Of a DNA stretch of 8,970 bases, positions 6,386 to 8,970 are shown in pieces (the stretch's first letter is position 1; every line of letters starts with the position of its first letter). Position numbers and translations under genes: made by a program. Source of the stretch: Octopus sinensis (Eukaryota); assembly GCF_006345805.1 (NCBI RefSeq), contig NW_021828229.1, forward strand, positions 1 to 8,970, written 5' to 3'. The notes beneath the pieces were generated by a model. It had not been told where the DNA came from. It saw nothing but the letters and a program-made list of their open reading frames with translations, and did not search any database.

Positions 6386-6740
6386 CGGGCGAGTGGAGTT
6401 TCGCCCTGGTTCGCCTCGAGTACACATACGTTCCTACTTTACGCAATACTGAACTCAACCTAAGCTTATGGACCGCGGAGAAATGGTTCCTGACTAACAA
6501 CTACGTCGGTAAGACCGACGACCACATCAACTGCGACTACGACGATCATAATCCACCATGACGGCTATGACAAGGACCGTGGCTACGACTACGATGATTG
6601 CGACCGGTTATATAGTTAAATAAAAAAAAAAACAGCAGAATGTCCTAAAATAACAGAGCGTTTAACAACATTAACAAGAGAAAAGATAGTGGCTTCTTTA
6701 TATTACAAATTTGCCCAAAATGGCCGCCAGCTTCAAAGTC

Positions 6741-6799
6741 ATATACGTACACACACGCGCTTTATGCATATATACAATATATATTATGTGTGTGTGTCG

Positions 6800-6854
<55 letters not shown>

Positions 6855-7052
6855 ATATATATGCATATATATATATTTTGTGTTCATTCATACCTATATA
6901 TATATATATCCATTCATACCTATATATATATATATATACATACATATATATGTCCATTCATATATATATATACGTATTTATGTATACACCCATATGAATA
7001 TAGATAAGCATTTGTAAATGAATGTAAATACGTTTATATATGTTTGTGTGTA

Positions 7053-7084
<32 letters not shown>

Positions 7085-7208
7085 AATACATACGTACATA
7101 CATACACACATATATATACACAGACAATATATATATATATATTGTGTGTGTGTGTGTATTTATATACGTAATTATATATATGAATGGATGGGTGAATGTA
7201 CACGAGTG

Positions 7209-7240
<32 letters not shown>

Positions 7241-7306
7241 TGTATGTATGTATGGATGTGTGTATACGTTTGTATATGCGTACGTGTGTGTGTATATTGT
7301 ATGTAT
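6741..7306. repeat. Compound (TA)n/(TG)n/(TATG)n/(CATA)n microsatellite field
   Basis: Read directly; all Y/I/M/V/C-rich ORFs here are artefacts. Confidence 0.95.
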
Positions 7307-7540
7307 CAATCCGTGTTTATGTTGGCCGTATGATGACCAACAAAGACCGCTAAGAGTAGCGATGCCTTTCTTCTTCGCCAATCAAATATCTCTCTCCAGG
7401 TTTTTTTTTTTTCTTAATTTTTTTTACCTTTTCTTATAATTTAAAAAAATTTTTTTTTACTAAGAGAGGAGAGTGTCTGTGTTTTAAAAGCGAGTCCGAC
7501 ACACCGCCACTACTCCCACCTTACTTCACCTCATCTTCTA

Positions 7541-7565
7541 CCCCACCCCCACCCCACCCCGCCCC
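7541..7565 (-). other. Putative G-quadruplex motif
   Basis: Minus strand GGGGCGGGGTGGGGTGGGGGTGGGG: five G-tracts of at least 4 G with 1-nt loops. Confidence 0.7.
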
Positions 7566-7697
7566 GCCATTCGCCACCCCACCCTTGTCGGTCATTAGGT
7601 GCAGCTTCATTTCAAAGGGTTCTTTTTTCTCTTCCTATGCTTTCTGTGGCGAGGAGCGCTTACGCTGGAGATAGTATTTCTCAATGATGTTTCTGTC

Positions 7698-7738
7698 GTT
7701 GTTGTTGTTGTTGCTCTTGTTGTTGTTGTTGTTGTTGC
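7698..7738 (+). repeat. Interrupted (GTT)n microsatellite
   Basis: Read directly. Confidence 0.95.
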
Positions 7739-7808
7739 TGGAGTTTTGGGATCTTTGAAATTTTTTTTCCAATTACCAGAATTTCTTTAAAAATTCTCTA
7801 CACAGATA

Positions 7809-8222
7809 GGCGCAGGAGTGGCTGTGTGGTAAGTAGCTTGCTAACCAGCCACATGGTTCCGGGTTCAGTCCCACTGCGTGGCATCTTGGGCGAGTGTCTT
7901 CTGCTATAGCCCCGGGTCGACCAATGCCTTGTGAGTGGATTTGGTAGACGGAAACTGAAAGAAGCATGTCGTATATATGTGGTGTGTGTGTGTGTGTTTA
8001 TTTGTCTGTGTTTGTCCCCCTAGCATTGCTTAACAACCGATGCTGGTGTGTTTACGTCCCCGTTAATTAGCGGTTCGGCAAAAGAAGACCGATAGAATAA
8101 GTACTGGGCTTCCAAAAAAAGAATAAGTCCCGGGGTCGATTTGCTCGACTAAAGGCGGTGCTCCAGCATGGCCGCAGTCAAATGACTGAAACAAGTAAAA
8201 GAGAGAAAAGAGTAAAGAGAGA
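7809..8222 (+). mobile_element. Full-length tRNA-derived SINE (family C)
   Basis: Head GGCGCAGGAGTGGCTGTGTGGTAAG, A box 7819-7829, B-box-like GGTTCAGTCC 7862-7871, CORE-like GGCATCTTGGGCGAGTGTCTT, internal (TG)n, AG-rich tail. A possible 5-bp TSD AGATA is weak. Confidence 0.93.
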
Positions 8223-8362
8223 TACAGTCGTACGTGCTGATTAAGAAAATCACGTTCATTAAATCTAGAAATTAATGATTAAAAATCTTGGTCACGGTGG
8301 ACACATGTTTTGTTTGTATTTTATGTTTGTTTGTTTTTTTGGTGGTGGGGGTAAATTGGGAA

Positions 8363-8465
8363 GCAGGAGTGTCTGTGCGATAGGAAGCTTGCTTCTCAAC
8401 TACATGGTTCGGGGTCTCATTCCCCCAGCAAGGCACCTTGAGAAAATGTTCTACTGTAACCGCGG
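8363..8465 (+). mobile_element. Old, diverged SINE family C 5' fragment
   Basis: GCAGGAGTGTCTGTGCGATAGGAAGCTTGC...CACATGGTT-like...GGCACCTTGAG aligns by eye with 7812 to about 7915. Confidence 0.75.
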
Positions 8466-8489
8466 TACACCACCCAGAAGTTGTTGTTG

Positions 8490-8765
8490 ACAAACAACGG
8501 CAGTAATTTTATTCAGCTGAATACACGTCATTGATTGGTTGAAATTCCCGAAATACGACAACTTTAACAAGAAATAACTTCCAAAATACAGAATTTTCTC
8601 AACAACGCCAAGAGTAAAAGATGCTTTATGTGACACATTCTACCAGTATACGAAAGTTGAAAGTGTTTAGTTTTAAAAAATTATTTGTTAAATCTGTCGG
8701 TCACAAGGTAAAGATCCGAACTCGGAATGTGGGACCACCAACCAGGCCTTTCGGGAAACCTTTAA
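8490..8765. mobile_element. Possible non-autonomous DNA transposon remnant (Kolobok/MITE-like right end at TTAA)
   Basis: Non-microsatellite sequence that I recall as repetitive in octopus, ending AGGCCTTTCGGGAAACCTTTTAA. No partner TIR in the window; class unverified. Confidence 0.3.
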
Positions 8766-8970
8766 AGCTAAGATATTTTCAGTAACCCCTGTTATATGTA
8801 TATATAGAGTCAAGGTACAATACGTTCTTGTTTGCTAGAAAGAAGAGTTAAAACTCTCCGTAACCACGCATGTTCGTTTGGAAGTCGCGGGGCCTTCAGT
8901 TGTCCGTATGCCAAATCAATTCGAAAGTATTGGTCGGTCCGGGATTGTGGTATAAGTAACTTGCCCAAAG

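Noticed and set aside
4546-6731. Shared 11-mer TGGCCGCCAGC (4546-4556 and 6721-6731)
   Set aside because: Similarity does not extend convincingly beyond a few bases; compatible with chance.
5709-7439. Long C/V, H/T and Y/I-rich ORFs (up to 255 aa)
   Set aside because: They are translations of TG/CA and TA microsatellites, which lack stop codons in some frames.

Overview
No intact host gene is visible. This is a repeat-dense, intronic or intergenic animal window, most likely from an octopus or other coleoid cephalopod; that assignment comes from my recall of the SINE families, not a database search. It is a nested pile of mobile-element relics: three tRNA-derived SINE families (called A, B and C here, about 9 pieces), a mariner transposase relic, a Buster/hAT transposase relic split by a SINE, an RTE-LINE 3' end and many microsatellites. 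The most notable item is a 430-bp insertion (1211-1640) in the catalytic DEKW codons of the mariner relic, flanked by a 7-bp near-TSD. It has Penelope-like architecture: two direct repeats plus an inverted truncated arm. Each direct repeat folds by eye into a minimal type I hammerhead ribozyme whose core reads GUGAACA instead of CUGANGA, a compensatory G3:C8 swap. The inverted arm begins 1 nt from the predicted self-cleavage site. Second most notable is a SINE multimer (1766-2970): one tRNA head, three 271-nt tandem bodies, a hairpin spacer and a truncated fourth body, all inside one 11-bp near-TSD. All alignments and folds were done by eye, and ribozyme activity is untested.
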